A stretch of DNA of 54,114 bases from a virus (IMGVR_UViG_3300025012_000112:1-54114); one strand, 5' to 3'; shown: positions 1 to 10,353, counted from the first letter of the stretch. The notes: a model not told the origin generated them from the sequence alone. Translations and numbers: made by a program.

Positions 1-1305
1 CATCGGCCGTAGATCAATAAGGCGGTTCCCGCTTTTGAAGACAAGATCGTCTATTACGGAATCGCCCCAGCGCTTCATAAACTGGCCCGGAGCGGCCTTA
101 CCAAACTCTTCCCGACGAGCTTCCCACTGAGCCAGCTTCTCTTCATAGAGAGACGGCTTCTCCAGTTTTAATCGCGCACTTGGGTGCCCAGGAATGTAGT
201 TGGGGCCGAACATGTCCGACGCCTCGGGTATCCCATAACGCTTCAGGGTATCCGCACTAAGGCCTTCCATTCTGCCCAGGTCGGCTGCCGTGGCATGACC
301 CCAACCAGTCAACCGCTGGATACCTTTGCCCAGCCAGTGCTGCGGTCGGAAGTTCTCGGCGCGCATGGACTCCACGATCGCACCCGTGAGCTTGTTGGCG
401 ACGTCCGCCCCGCCCGCGCCGGCACCGAGCAGGTTCTTGGATTGGACGCCGACCTGTGTCATCATATCCGCCCACAGTTCGCCGGTTTGCCGGACTTGCT
501 GAGCGCCCATTTGCGGGACGAAGCCCTGCTTCATCATATCGTTGACGAGCAGTTCCGCCTTGGCGCCATAGGACGTGAAGAACGACTTCCATTGGGATTC
601 GAAGAAGGGGCGGCCGAACTCCCCGTGACTGCGCGCAGCCTGACTTGTGGTCACGACCTCACGCATCTTGTCCAAGGCCTGCAGCACGGGACTGTCCGCG
701 GTAAGGCCCGGGACCTGCATGCCCAGCCGTTCCATCATACCGGCCGCGTCGGATGACGTCCGGGCCAACAGGGACTGCATGACAGACAAGAGTTCCGGGG
801 GCATCTCGTCCACGCGCATTTCCCCCGCGGCCGACCTCTCGAGTGCCGACAGGATGCCGCCGGCACTGCGCAGTTGGTTGCCGAGAAGGCTCTTGCTTAC
901 CATCTCGGGTCCCAGAGACGGACGCGCCGTTTTCCAGGACTCGGAGAATATGCGGCGCGCATCATCCACATACTTCGAGACGGCAAACCCAAATGGGCTA
1001 TCAGAAGAGGGTTCGAGGAAAGCCCTCAGGCGCGGAACCTGCCCCAGCACGGTTGACTGGAGCAGGTTCTCGCCATGGAGGAATTCGGAGTAATCACGGT
1101 ATGCGATTGAAGCAAAGTTCTGTGCGCGTGAAAGCGTTGGCGCAAATTCGGCGGCACCTTCGATGAGACGTCCCGCAAGCTGACGAACGTATGGTGTGCG
1201 CAGCGCTGAGCGCAACAGCATTCCAGCGCCGACGTATACGCCGGCGCGCACTATCAGGGCTGACCGTTTGTTATCATCCTGGTAGAGTCCGCCGTCATTT
1301 GCCAT
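1..1305 (-). CDS. Probable tape measure protein, N-terminal part (runs off the window)
   Basis: Not in the ORF track. Manual translation from ATG 1305 (MANDGGLYQDDNKRSALIVRAG...) stays open for 435 codons to position 1. It is Ala/Gly/Met-rich and helical-looking, and lies directly after the tail chaperone pair. Confidence 0.65.
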   Translation of the reverse strand, partial: MANDGGLYQDDNKRSALIVRAGVYVGAGMLLRSALRTPYVRQLAGRLIEGAAEFAPTLSRAQNFASIAYRDYSEFLHGENLLQSTVLGQVPRLRAFLEPSSDSPFGFAVSKYVDDARRIFSESWKTARPSLGPEMVSKSLLGNQLRSAGGILSALERSAAGEMRVDEMPPELLSVMQSLLARTSSDAAGMMERLGMQVPGLTADSPVLQALDKMREVVTTSQAARSHGEFGRPFFESQWKSFFTSYGAKAELLVNDMMKQGFVPQMGAQQVRQTGELWADMMTQVGVQSKNLLGAGAGGADVANKLTGAIVESMRAENFRPQHWLGKGIQRLTGWGHATAADLGRMEGLSADTLKRYGIPEASDMFGPNYIPGHPSARLKLEKPSLYEEKLAQWEARREEFGKAAPGQFMKRWGDSVIDDLVFKSGNRLIDLRPM

Positions 1306-1795
1306 CCTTCTGCTGATCCCCTTTACTGAGTGCCGCGTTCAGGAAGTCTTCAGTGAAGGAGAAGTCGACATCCGGCATCATTTCTTGGGGAATGCCCAGC
1401 ATGTCGCCGGCCATGGCTTCCATCTGACTGCGGCCGACTTCTTCCCGGAATAATGCCGCCTGCTCCGGATCGACAGGACCCTTCTCGCCCTTCTTGCGAT
1501 GGCGTTCGCCGAATTGCTTCATGCGAACGACCTTCCGGAGCTCCTGCTCCACGACCTGGCGTTCCGCGATGAGAATCTCTTCTGGTACACCGAGCAAAAG
1601 GTCTATGCTTACGTTGGGGATGCCCCGAAGGTGTGTCAGCACGTACTCAGCCTGTATCGCCAACGTATACCATTCGTCCCAGCTGGCCCGGTCCAATTCA
1701 TCGAGGCGTAGTTCAGGGAAGGCTTCGACGATCAGAAGGTCCACCACGCCGTGGCCGCAAAGCGCGACTTGCCTGCAGGCGTCTAGACTTTTTTT
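1295..1795 (-). CDS. Tail assembly chaperone GT extension (reached by -1 frameshift)
   Basis: The frame of ORF 1295..1747 is open back to the A7 run at 1789-1795 and is -1 relative to the upstream chaperone. It sits just before the tape measure gene. Confidence 0.75.
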   Translation of the reverse strand, partial: KKSLDACRQVALCGHGVVDLLIVEAFPELRLDELDRASWDEWYTLAIQAEYVLTHLRGIPNVSIDLLLGVPEEILIAERQVVEQELRKVVRMKQFGERHRKKGEKGPVDPEQAALFREEVGRSQMEAMAGDMLGIPQEMMPDVDFSFTEDFLNAALSKGDQQKDGK

Positions 1796-2247
1796 ACTAC
1801 GATTGCCGGGTAGAACCCCGACTGGTCCATAATGTACTCGACAAGCATGGATGGGACCCCGTTAAGGTTCCCTTTGAAGTCCGCTTCGTAGTCGAGACCT
1901 ACCGGCCACAACACACAACACCGGCACATCTCGTTCTCACGCTGTTCCACGCCGAATGGTCCGTAAATCAGTGCCTTGTACTCGGTCCGGGTAAGCAGTC
2001 GAAAGTAGAATTGTACGCCTGTGGGGAACTGCGTGTACCGGACGTTCTCTTCTCCATGCTCTTTGTGCCACGCGTCGAGTTGTTCCGCGGAAGGTTCCGA
2101 TACCCAGTCGATGAATCGTCCTGCCGCCGAGGTTCCTCCCTCGGATGGCGTGGCGGCCGCTTCCTCCAGCGCGGGGCCGGCCGTTCCTCCCCGCTGCACG
2201 GGCTGCATGCCTGGCGGAGGCGCTCCTGGTTCGTGTTGCTGTTCCAT
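1783..2247 (-). CDS. Tail assembly chaperone (gpG-like)
   Basis: 154 aa with SD AAGGAG. FYFRLLTRTEY and CCVLWP motifs resemble myovirus tail chaperones. Ends GTA AAA AAA GTC TAG. Confidence 0.75.
   Translation of the reverse strand: MEQQHEPGAPPPGMQPVQRGGTAGPALEEAAATPSEGGTSAAGRFIDWVSEPSAEQLDAWHKEHGEENVRYTQFPTGVQFYFRLLTRTEYKALIYGPFGVEQRENEMCRCCVLWPVGLDYEADFKGNLNGVPSMLVEYIMDQSGFYPAIVVKKV
1789..1795 (-). other. Programmed -1 frameshift slippery heptamer A AAA AAA
   Basis: Seven As one codon before the stop. A -1 slip reads KKSLDACRQVALCGHGVVDLLIVE into the next ORF. Confidence 0.8.
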
Positions 2248-2276
2248 CTAAAGTCTCTCCTTTCAGTCTCGTGGGA

Positions 2277-3122
2277 CTACGAATAGTCCCAGGCTATGAA
2301 GCTGTACTGTTCGAGCACGGGTGCACCTTTGGGCCGTATAACCTGAGTATTGTGGCTGATGTGCACTTTGTGCAAAGCCAGTACTTTCTCGTCTCTCTTG
2401 AACTTATTCTTGGCAAGATAGGCGAAGCTTTCCTGGGCTGTCGGGTCCGCTCCACCATAGTAGATTACGATTTCAAGTCCGTCGTCACTGATGCCCCAGC
2501 GATCCGTCCTCATGTGGTCATCCGGAAGATCGCTGAGTGCTTTGCCCAGGTCTTCCGCGGAAGTGATGCCGGCCGTCATGGCCTCTATCATCGCCGTGTT
2601 GCGCAGGTCTCCTCGCTCGATGGCTTTAATCTTGTCTTCGACGCTGAGGCTTTCCCACACATTGATGGAGCTTTGCTTGGCCGTGTTGGTGTTGGCTGGG
2701 AAGGACGAACCCAGGCCGGACAGCTGGTCCTGCTTAGCCAACATCATCGCTTCGAACATGCGGAACTTCTTGGTGAACGGAATAGCGAATTGCCCTTCGA
2801 TAAGTATCTGCCCCTTGGCTACCCGGTCAAACCGGAAGGATGCATAGCTGTAGATGGGCCGTTTGGGCTGGCCGGCAGTGAACTGGAAGTCGAGGATATC
2901 GTCTTCCAGGTACGGGTAGATATCCACCACACCTTCCGCATCCGCGGGGTCACGGCGCCCAAAAACGAACTGTACGTCACACCCCGTGAAGTACCGGGGC
3001 GGGAACCAATTCCGGTCCAGGGATGGGATAACCCTGGGGTCGAAGAAATCCAGGACGCCGCCCTCTGTGTTTGTGGGCACGGCTCCCGGAGACCGGAGAT
3101 TGCCAGACCGGTAGTTGGCCAT
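2277..3122 (-). CDS. Tail tube-like protein, paralogue 3 (tube initiator/hub-like)
   Basis: YFTGCDV...KRPIYSYASFRFDRVAKGQILIEGQFAI aligns with the tube motif SFGGPDI...KAPIYTFGSADPRSYARGKRGIAGSVVF. Confidence 0.6.
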   Translation of the reverse strand: MANYRSGNLRSPGAVPTNTEGGVLDFFDPRVIPSLDRNWFPPRYFTGCDVQFVFGRRDPADAEGVVDIYPYLEDDILDFQFTAGQPKRPIYSYASFRFDRVAKGQILIEGQFAIPFTKKFRMFEAMMLAKQDQLSGLGSSFPANTNTAKQSSINVWESLSVEDKIKAIERGDLRNTAMIEAMTAGITSAEDLGKALSDLPDDHMRTDRWGISDDGLEIVIYYGGADPTAQESFAYLAKNKFKRDEKVLALHKVHISHNTQVIRPKGAPVLEQYSFIAWDYS

Positions 3123-4717
3123 TATGCCGGGTCCTCCATAATACGCCTCACGACACTGACCGGCATGCTATACACCATGGACGTTGACTGCTCCTCAATC
3201 TTGGCCCGGCACATAACCGAGACCCTGAAGGTTTTGTCTCCCTGTATCCGGCCCGAACTCGGGACGATGGCTTGTGCCATAACCGCACTCATCGGGATGG
3301 ACAGGTAGGATTCTCCTGGATATGTTGATGGCAGATATTGTCCTTTTGCATCTTCGACCAGCGGGTCGGCCACGATCGCCATGGTGATAATCCCAACGGT
3401 CTCTCCGGCAACGTTGGTGCCGGCGGATACCACTCCTGTCCCGGGAAATCCTTCCGGCATGAGTTCCCCGCCACTAATCATGATCCGATAGTCATCCATG
3501 GCCCCGCCCATCCGTTGATCTATGGGGGGAACATTATATTGTGTTTGCGAGTCGAACTCGATATAGAGAGTGGGATCTCCGAGTTCGTCGTCCATAATGA
3601 TAACATTGAAGTATCCTTTGAACTGAAGCCACATCCGCTTGTTCTTCCAGTCTTCAGCCCGCGGGATGATCGTGTTCTTCATGAAGTTGATGTAGGCGAG
3701 CCGGCTGGTCAACTCGGATTGCAGGGTCTCCACCCGGTCTCGTATGAACTCCACCCCCACCCGCATCTGGCTGGGTTGCGGCGCCTCGATGGCATCGAGC
3801 GGATCCACGGCTGTGGCCATGTACTGGCACACCCCTTCTGTAACGAGGTCCTCGACGGACATCGTGGCCCCGTCCGTCTGAATGTGGATGTTATAAATAC
3901 CCGCGCGCACGGCAATTCCGGCTTCGCTCATCCCAAACAACAGGACGTGGAACGGAGGGAGGGCGTCCGGCACCATCATGTGCTTGAACTTTTTCCAGGA
4001 CTCGTTGTCGCCGATGCTTGAGTCTGCTCGCATCGCGGCCAATTGCTGCTTATATGTTGCCTCCAGGTTATCGATAAGCTTGTCTATCTTCACGATTTCC
4101 TTGGCTGGATCTTCGAAGGTTTGTGCCAGGGCCTGCACGTCACCCATCCCCGCGGTCAGGGCCACATCCATCTTGGACAGCTCCTGGTATGCACGAATTG
4201 CCTCGTCTTCAGAAGTGGCGCCGACGCGAGACACCAACCCCGTCCTCTTGTCATACACCCCCGCGATGTCCATGTTGTTGTCCAACTGATTCAGGGCCTG
4301 TTCCACCGCATTGCCTTTTTGGATAAGCTGGATCCATTCACGGTCCTGCAGCAACTGCTGATATCGCGCGACCGTGGCATCCGCGTTATTGCTCATGTTG
4401 TAATCAAGGATATCCAGAAGGGCGTGGCGGTCAAAGTAGATGAATACCATGGATCCGGCAACCCACCGTGGCCCACGCGCGATCCCGCGCACGTTTACGT
4501 GCCCGCATGTGGGGACGGGGGCCAGTTCCCGGTAGGTCTGGTAACTGATGGTGGCAAGCTCCCCGAAAATACGAAGGCCCAGACCTGGCATATACATCGC
4601 CGCCACAAGGTCTGGGCCGGATATTGATCTGTAAAGGTCTTTCTCAACCGCGTTATTCAGGAATTGTGCCCGGCTCCCGGCGCTCTGCGTGCTACCGATA
4701 TTGTCTGAGATACCCAT
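3122..4717 (-). CDS. Tail tube-like protein, paralogue 2, with coiled-coil insertion and extra C-terminal domain
   Basis: SISGPDL...IARGPRWVAGSMVFIYFDRHAL and DALPPFHV...MSVEDLVTE match the two halves of the 4773..5480 protein. Confidence 0.65.
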   Translation of the reverse strand: MGISDNIGSTQSAGSRAQFLNNAVEKDLYRSISGPDLVAAMYMPGLGLRIFGELATISYQTYRELAPVPTCGHVNVRGIARGPRWVAGSMVFIYFDRHALLDILDYNMSNNADATVARYQQLLQDREWIQLIQKGNAVEQALNQLDNNMDIAGVYDKRTGLVSRVGATSEDEAIRAYQELSKMDVALTAGMGDVQALAQTFEDPAKEIVKIDKLIDNLEATYKQQLAAMRADSSIGDNESWKKFKHMMVPDALPPFHVLLFGMSEAGIAVRAGIYNIHIQTDGATMSVEDLVTEGVCQYMATAVDPLDAIEAPQPSQMRVGVEFIRDRVETLQSELTSRLAYINFMKNTIIPRAEDWKNKRMWLQFKGYFNVIIMDDELGDPTLYIEFDSQTQYNVPPIDQRMGGAMDDYRIMISGGELMPEGFPGTGVVSAGTNVAGETVGIITMAIVADPLVEDAKGQYLPSTYPGESYLSIPMSAVMAQAIVPSSGRIQGDKTFRVSVMCRAKIEEQSTSMVYSMPVSVVRRIMEDPA

Positions 4718-4733
4718 TGAGCGCTCCGAGAGC

Positions 4734-4765
4734 AGAGAAGGGACGGGGTGCTGTGACCCCGTCCC
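4734..4765 (-). terminator. Hairpin (terminator/attenuator) after the tail tube gene
   Basis: Minus strand reads GGGACGGGGT-CACAGC-ACCCCGTCCC followed by TTCTCT. Confidence 0.6.
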
Positions 4766-4772
4766 ACTGCTC

Positions 4773-5480
4773 TTAACTTGTCTGCGGTTGGAATTCGGAT
4801 GATGCCGCGCGAATCGGGATGATCTTGCGGGCCACGAACGTCATGGCCTGCTCGACAACCGTATCGTCGACGGACATTCCGACGCCTTCGTTGAGAATCT
4901 CCGCATACAGAATCCTCATCGACGCCGCCTGGCCTTGTTCGTTGGCCATAGTGAGCGTGATGTGGAATGCAGGCAATTGGTCCGCGTACCACGGCTTGGT
5001 GCGGTGGAACGTCTGGTTGAGCAGTTGCTCGAAGTCCAGATATGATCCGCCGGTGCCAATCATGGACGACATGTTGTGTCCCCATGTGTCGACTCCGAGG
5101 ATCGAGTTCTCCGCATTGGCGCCGGGCAGGATAATGCCCTGATCGCTGTACGCTGAATTCTCCGTCTCCTGGTCGGTCTCGAACAGTTTGCGCTTGGTCG
5201 TGCCGCTGGCCGCGCCCTTCCGAATGGCCTGGAGCTCTTCGAGAAGAGCGTGGCGGTCGAACTGGGCGAAGACCACTGAACCGGCGATGCCGCGCTTGCC
5301 GCGGGCATACGACCGTGGATCCGCCGACCCGAAGGTATAAATGGGAGCCTTCTCACGCCGTATGGAGTACGTGATGGCCTGGCACTCCCCGATCACCTTG
5401 TTATTGAAGATCGGGACGATATCCGGGCCGCCGAACGACGTGAACGTGCGCTCGTACATTTGCTGCTGTGTCTGAGCCAT
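4773..5480 (-). CDS. Major tail tube protein
   Basis: 235 aa immediately after the sheath gene, strong SD GGAGGTG, followed by a hairpin as expected for a high-copy protein. Confidence 0.75.
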   Translation of the reverse strand: MAQTQQQMYERTFTSFGGPDIVPIFNNKVIGECQAITYSIRREKAPIYTFGSADPRSYARGKRGIAGSVVFAQFDRHALLEELQAIRKGAASGTTKRKLFETDQETENSAYSDQGIILPGANAENSILGVDTWGHNMSSMIGTGGSYLDFEQLLNQTFHRTKPWYADQLPAFHITLTMANEQGQAASMRILYAEILNEGVGMSVDDTVVEQAMTFVARKIIPIRAASSEFQPQTS

Positions 5481-5493
5481 GGTTCACACCTCC

Positions 5494-8400
5494 CTAAGCG
5501 TTTGGCAGCGCCAGTGATACCACTGTGCGGATTTTGCGGAGTTCCAGCCAGACGTTGAGCGTGAGCTCTATGCGAAGTTCGCCGATAATCGCCATTTGCC
5601 TGGTTGAGATGATGGTAAACGCGTAATCGCTGAGCGCGCCGACATTTACCATCGTCCGTAGTACTTCGTCAACTGCCGTGTTCAGCGCAAGGCGCTGAGG
5701 GATGGAGTTCGGCTGACCTAGGAACGGGCCGGCCACCCTGCGGATTGCCGCCATTGCGGAATGCACGACACGGACTGTTGACAGGCGTGTGTAGTCGGAC
5801 TTGACTCCGGGACGGCTGGGAAGATCGCCGGCCGCGGTGATGCCGTCCGTCACATAGACAACGCCTCCATAACTGTACAGCGTCACGTAGCGCATGCCGG
5901 TGAGGGCGTCGAGCTGCGCATTGCTGTAGTTGTAGCCCACCGCGCCCAGGTTAAGCATCGGCTTGTGAGTCGGTGCCGCTTCCGGGCTGAGGGTGGATAT
6001 CCGTCCCGCGTACATGGCTTCGGTGGTGACCGCGCGGCCGGTTGACTGGGACACAACTTCGGGTCCGCAACAAACCGACAGGTATCGGCCCACATCTTCC
6101 ATCCGCCCGTCGAGCGGGTTGGATGTCTTGAAGCCTGCGTACATTGGGGTCACGCCATCACCGATGGTCTTGGTGAGATTGAGCACGCGAGACTGGATGC
6201 CGCGGAGGGAAATATCCGTGGCGGGAGCAACTGAGACGATACCCAGCCGCTCATTGCCATTCAGCGAACACTGGTAACAGTGCTCGGCAAGCACCTGGCC
6301 AAAGTTGGTGATCGTGTTGTTGCCGTTCACGTCATTGGCGTCCGCTGTTTTTGGAGTTCCGTCCGGGTTAACGATAACGATGCCGCGTTCCTTGTTGTAC
6401 CAGAGTTTGCCGTAGCGATCCCCGAAGTACTTTGTGCGGGACTTGGCATCGAGGTACATGTCAAGCAAGGCAATGATATCCACCGGGGTATTCTCGATGA
6501 GCTGCAGAAGCCCTGTGTCGTACTGGGTTCCCAGCAACCTGGTGAGGTAGTACCCGGGGTCTTTGCCCACGCCGTCGTCTCCTCCGCGGAGGTAGGCCGG
6601 CGCATGCGTGCCGGTGGGATCCAGAAGCCTGTGCTCCCTCTCGTACTGTGCGACACCGATGGCTACAGGGTGCTCGAAGTCGGCCACGAACTGCGCCTGC
6701 ATCACGTTGTTCTCGCGATTGGTATTCAGGCCGACAACGACGGACTTGTACGTGATCGATGTTTGGGACGAGGGGTTGGTCAGGATGGTGCCTGTCGGAA
6801 CGTCGAACTTGTCGGGGGACCCTTTGCCCAAAGGCTTTTGGACCCTGATTGTCTTTTGTTCCGGGACCAGGATGCCACTGTTGTCAACGACGAGGGACAC
6901 GCCAACGATCTGGTTTGTTGGCAGCGAAGCGACCCAGGTGTCATTGCCGTAGCGGGCTCCGGGATACACCGCGCGGATGTACACGGCGACGTCGGTGTAG
7001 TACCAGTATTCGCCGGCAGCCAGTACGCTTCCCGTGGCCACGGTGAACACCGCGTCTTCGTGTTCCGGCAGGAAGACGGATCCCACGACGGGTTTGCCAC
7101 CCGGTGAATTCCGTTTGATGAGGATGGCCTCCGTGCCACTGTCCACGGCCTTGATGTACGGCACGCGGATGGCTTCGCCCGCGGCCAGGTCCGTGTCGAT
7201 GATGATGGAGCGGCCGAAGGAACCGATGCCCTTGCCGGATGCGAAGGGGTACGTGTAAATGCCGGCGGGAATATCGGCATCGACTTCCGTCTCCTCGATG
7301 CGAACCTTGGCGAGGGCTGTGTTCCCGTCGACGACACTGACGTTGACGGTGCCACCCCCGATGCGAGAGATCGTGATTGCCGAGGAACTGATGTACGGCA
7401 TGTACCATTCCCCCGCCGGTCTGGCAAAGAGTTCCGCGAGCGCAATGGCATCAGCGTATGTGCTGCCGCCAATACTGCCGTCCTCGTAGAGAGTGGCACT
7501 TACCTTCGTCTCGGTCTGGTTCAGGAAGGGAGTAATGCCTGCGGCAATGTAGATATCCCCGCCGTGCGTGACCAGGCCTGTGATGGGGTCGGGAATCGCT
7601 TCGTACACGAATCCGCCATCTTCCGGGGCAACGACAACATCCACGTCAGCCAGCATGCCAGTGACGTCGTCGTACATGGTGGCGCCGACCTCGACATCGA
7701 AGTTGCCCGATGTCGCGACGCCATCAAAGAAGTCGGACAGGTAGAACTTGTTGTCCGCGGCACTGTAGCTGAATGTGTGGACTTCTCCGGTCGTCGGCGG
7801 GGTCACAACGCGGGTGAACTGTACGAATGCTCCGCCCAGGTTGTAATCATCCGACTTGATCCGAAGCGCCACGTTGCCGAATTCCGACCCCGGGGTAATA
7901 CCCCCGATGTCCTTGTTGCCGGTATTCGTGTTGCTCCACGGAACCCGGTCCAGTCCATCGCTGTACATCATGTTGGTGGCAGTGAGACCAACGTAGTGGC
8001 CGGAACCGCCCGCCGAATACGGGTGTACCCACAGCGGCGCTCCCATGTCTGTGGGGGCGTACCCCAAAATGGCGTTGGGAGAAGAGCCCCCTGCAAAGTT
8101 GGTGACACAGTCCAACGTATTACCGGCGGCCCCTTCCATGCCACCAGCCACGCGTGGAGAGACGGTCATGTACCCGGCTCCCGGCCCTGAATCAGCGTCC
8201 CAGACTGAGGTCGCGGAATTGAGAAACACGCTTAGCGAATCCAGAACTTCGGCCACGGTCGCGCCGGGTGCCCACGCCCAGTGAGCGTAAGATTCTTGTG
8301 ATCCGCTGTGTCCTCCGACGATTGGGAGTGACTGGGGGCCAAACCCGTCGGTCCACGAAACGGTCAAAATTGGCCGGTTGGTCTCAAACGTCAGGGGGTT

Positions 8401-10353
8401 GAAGCCTGCAAGCGTGCAGTTATACGGCATGAGACCATTTCCTGCGCCAGTGTCCGATATCTCGAAGGTGGCTGCTGACGCACCGGGGCTGTCGGCAGTG
8501 AGCCGAATGACTGTTCCCACAGGGCCGGGTTCAATCGACGCAGTGAACGGAGCCACGCTTAGATTGATTGCCGTCAGGATCGAGTTGGCCGTATCTATGG
8601 TTGTCGCCCCGATTATCCACTCCACCCCTTCTGTGAACGTGTACACAGGCCCACTGTCGGTTAGCGTAAGTACGCATCCGCCCAAAGAACCTCCTATTAC
8701 ACGGAACAGAAGGAACCCGTTCGTGTTGTTCCCCGCGGTAAGAACATCCGCTTCGGTCGCTATCCCATCGGGATTGAATCCGCCTACGGCTTCCGCCGCT
8801 GCTGATGGGAATTCGAAGTGGCTTGGATTGGACGAGTAGCTGTCTCCGGCGGGGGTGATACGATCCTTGGCAATGGCGCTACCACAGTAACCGGCCCACG
8901 CTTCTTCGAAGCGGCCATAGGCTCCGCCCGTGACGGCGTTCCCCATGCCCTGGGCATTGGTCAGCCCCGTGACCAGGGTGATGCTCACTCCCGCCACCAC
9001 GCTGTCGATGACCGCGGTTTCCTCGTTGGCTCCGCCGGCGTCAAAGGTTACTGTTTGTCCTGCCACGAACTTTGTGGTGCTGGCCACTCCGATAATCGTG
9101 TCGCCGATGTTGGCCGCCACGTCCACGGTCGTCTCATGGTGCAAGTTGTTCCAGTCGTTGTGAGCGTTCGGGAACATAACCTGCGGGTTTGCTCCGACCG
9201 CGGGCATCTGCTTGATGGCCATGAAAGTCGGCGTCGGCGTCATGAGATCAACGCCGATCGCAACATGTGCGCCGCCCGGAACGGGGTTGGCACCCGTTCC
9301 TGATGGGGTAATGCGGATTTCGTCGGCCAAAGCTGCGTTATCGAAGTTCGCAACAGCGCCGGTGCCGGCCAGCCAGAACCGGACATCGTAGTCGAATTCG
9401 AGTTCCGCCTTGGTGGCCTTGCGCCCTGCTGCGGCGTTCATGGTGTACGTGGTCACGGGACCCGCGGGGTCATACTTGAAGTCCGGACCCACCATCTTGA
9501 GGGTCATGTTGCCGAAATTCGCGCCGCAGTCAATCTTGCCTACGGGAACGCTGTAGGCTGTATTTGCGTATGCGCCTGTCTTGGATCCTCCCGGAGGAGC
9601 GTATGCGACAATACCGCTGTAGTTGGTGACCGGAGCCTTCTCCCCGAGGTTGTACCGGACGAATTGCCCGGATACATCATCGGGCACGCCCAGGAGGTCC
9701 ACATAACCCACCTGAGCCCGTGGAAGGGGATTGCCATCAATGTCCAGGTCAACCGACAAGTCGATGACCAGGTCTTCCGCGATATTGCCGTTCAGGTCCA
9801 GAACCGACGACACTGCTTTCTCAACGGATGTGTAGGTAACCCCACCGTCGAGCGTGTACTTCATGTAGACCATCCCGCCGGCCATGTTCGAGCTGAAGCC
9901 CGCCCTGGCAAACCGAATCTCGTCGGCGTTGACAGGGTCCGACATCGTGATGTCCCCCACAAGGAACTGCGGGTCCGGGATGTCGAATTCAGCAAGCGGG
10001 TCGATCTCGGCGTAGGCGATACGCGGGTTGCCCGTTCCGGGCGCCGGATCCTCTTTGAGAATCAGTGCCGCGTAGTCGCCGCCGATGCGCATCGCGTTAA
10101 CTCCGCGCGCGCCGGCATCGTATGCGTCGCCAAGGCCGCGCACAAGATTGGCCTGGGCATTCGCAACAGCGTCACCGAAGAACTCGACGGAGCCCTGTGG
10201 GATCGTAACCACCACCGGGCGGTCCGTGGGTCCATCGGCCGCCGTGCCTACCACGAGTACAACGTCAGTAGTTGCCGGGGGAGGAGGAGCTGCCAGTCCG
10301 CCGTCTTTATAGTCCGTGACGAACCCGGCAAGATTTGGGTATACGGTTGCCAT
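5494..10353 (-). CDS. Contractile tail sheath protein with very large internal insertion
   Basis: Sheath-like N-terminus (YPNLAG...VLVVGTAADGP) and C-terminus (YTRLSTVRVV...FLGQPN...GELRIELTL...ELRKIRTVVSL). 1619 aa, SD AAGGAGG. Confidence 0.85.
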   Translation of the reverse strand: MATVYPNLAGFVTDYKDGGLAAPPPPATTDVVLVVGTAADGPTDRPVVVTIPQGSVEFFGDAVANAQANLVRGLGDAYDAGARGVNAMRIGGDYAALILKEDPAPGTGNPRIAYAEIDPLAEFDIPDPQFLVGDITMSDPVNADEIRFARAGFSSNMAGGMVYMKYTLDGGVTYTSVEKAVSSVLDLNGNIAEDLVIDLSVDLDIDGNPLPRAQVGYVDLLGVPDDVSGQFVRYNLGEKAPVTNYSGIVAYAPPGGSKTGAYANTAYSVPVGKIDCGANFGNMTLKMVGPDFKYDPAGPVTTYTMNAAAGRKATKAELEFDYDVRFWLAGTGAVANFDNAALADEIRITPSGTGANPVPGGAHVAIGVDLMTPTPTFMAIKQMPAVGANPQVMFPNAHNDWNNLHHETTVDVAANIGDTIIGVASTTKFVAGQTVTFDAGGANEETAVIDSVVAGVSITLVTGLTNAQGMGNAVTGGAYGRFEEAWAGYCGSAIAKDRITPAGDSYSSNPSHFEFPSAAAEAVGGFNPDGIATEADVLTAGNNTNGFLLFRVIGGSLGGCVLTLTDSGPVYTFTEGVEWIIGATTIDTANSILTAINLSVAPFTASIEPGPVGTVIRLTADSPGASAATFEISDTGAGNGLMPYNCTLAGFNPLTFETNRPILTVSWTDGFGPQSLPIVGGHSGSQESYAHWAWAPGATVAEVLDSLSVFLNSATSVWDADSGPGAGYMTVSPRVAGGMEGAAGNTLDCVTNFAGGSSPNAILGYAPTDMGAPLWVHPYSAGGSGHYVGLTATNMMYSDGLDRVPWSNTNTGNKDIGGITPGSEFGNVALRIKSDDYNLGGAFVQFTRVVTPPTTGEVHTFSYSAADNKFYLSDFFDGVATSGNFDVEVGATMYDDVTGMLADVDVVVAPEDGGFVYEAIPDPITGLVTHGGDIYIAAGITPFLNQTETKVSATLYEDGSIGGSTYADAIALAELFARPAGEWYMPYISSSAITISRIGGGTVNVSVVDGNTALAKVRIEETEVDADIPAGIYTYPFASGKGIGSFGRSIIIDTDLAAGEAIRVPYIKAVDSGTEAILIKRNSPGGKPVVGSVFLPEHEDAVFTVATGSVLAAGEYWYYTDVAVYIRAVYPGARYGNDTWVASLPTNQIVGVSLVVDNSGILVPEQKTIRVQKPLGKGSPDKFDVPTGTILTNPSSQTSITYKSVVVGLNTNRENNVMQAQFVADFEHPVAIGVAQYEREHRLLDPTGTHAPAYLRGGDDGVGKDPGYYLTRLLGTQYDTGLLQLIENTPVDIIALLDMYLDAKSRTKYFGDRYGKLWYNKERGIVIVNPDGTPKTADANDVNGNNTITNFGQVLAEHCYQCSLNGNERLGIVSVAPATDISLRGIQSRVLNLTKTIGDGVTPMYAGFKTSNPLDGRMEDVGRYLSVCCGPEVVSQSTGRAVTTEAMYAGRISTLSPEAAPTHKPMLNLGAVGYNYSNAQLDALTGMRYVTLYSYGGVVYVTDGITAAGDLPSRPGVKSDYTRLSTVRVVHSAMAAIRRVAGPFLGQPNSIPQRLALNTAVDEVLRTMVNVGALSDYAFTIISTRQMAIIGELRIELTLNVWLELRKIRTVVSLALPNA

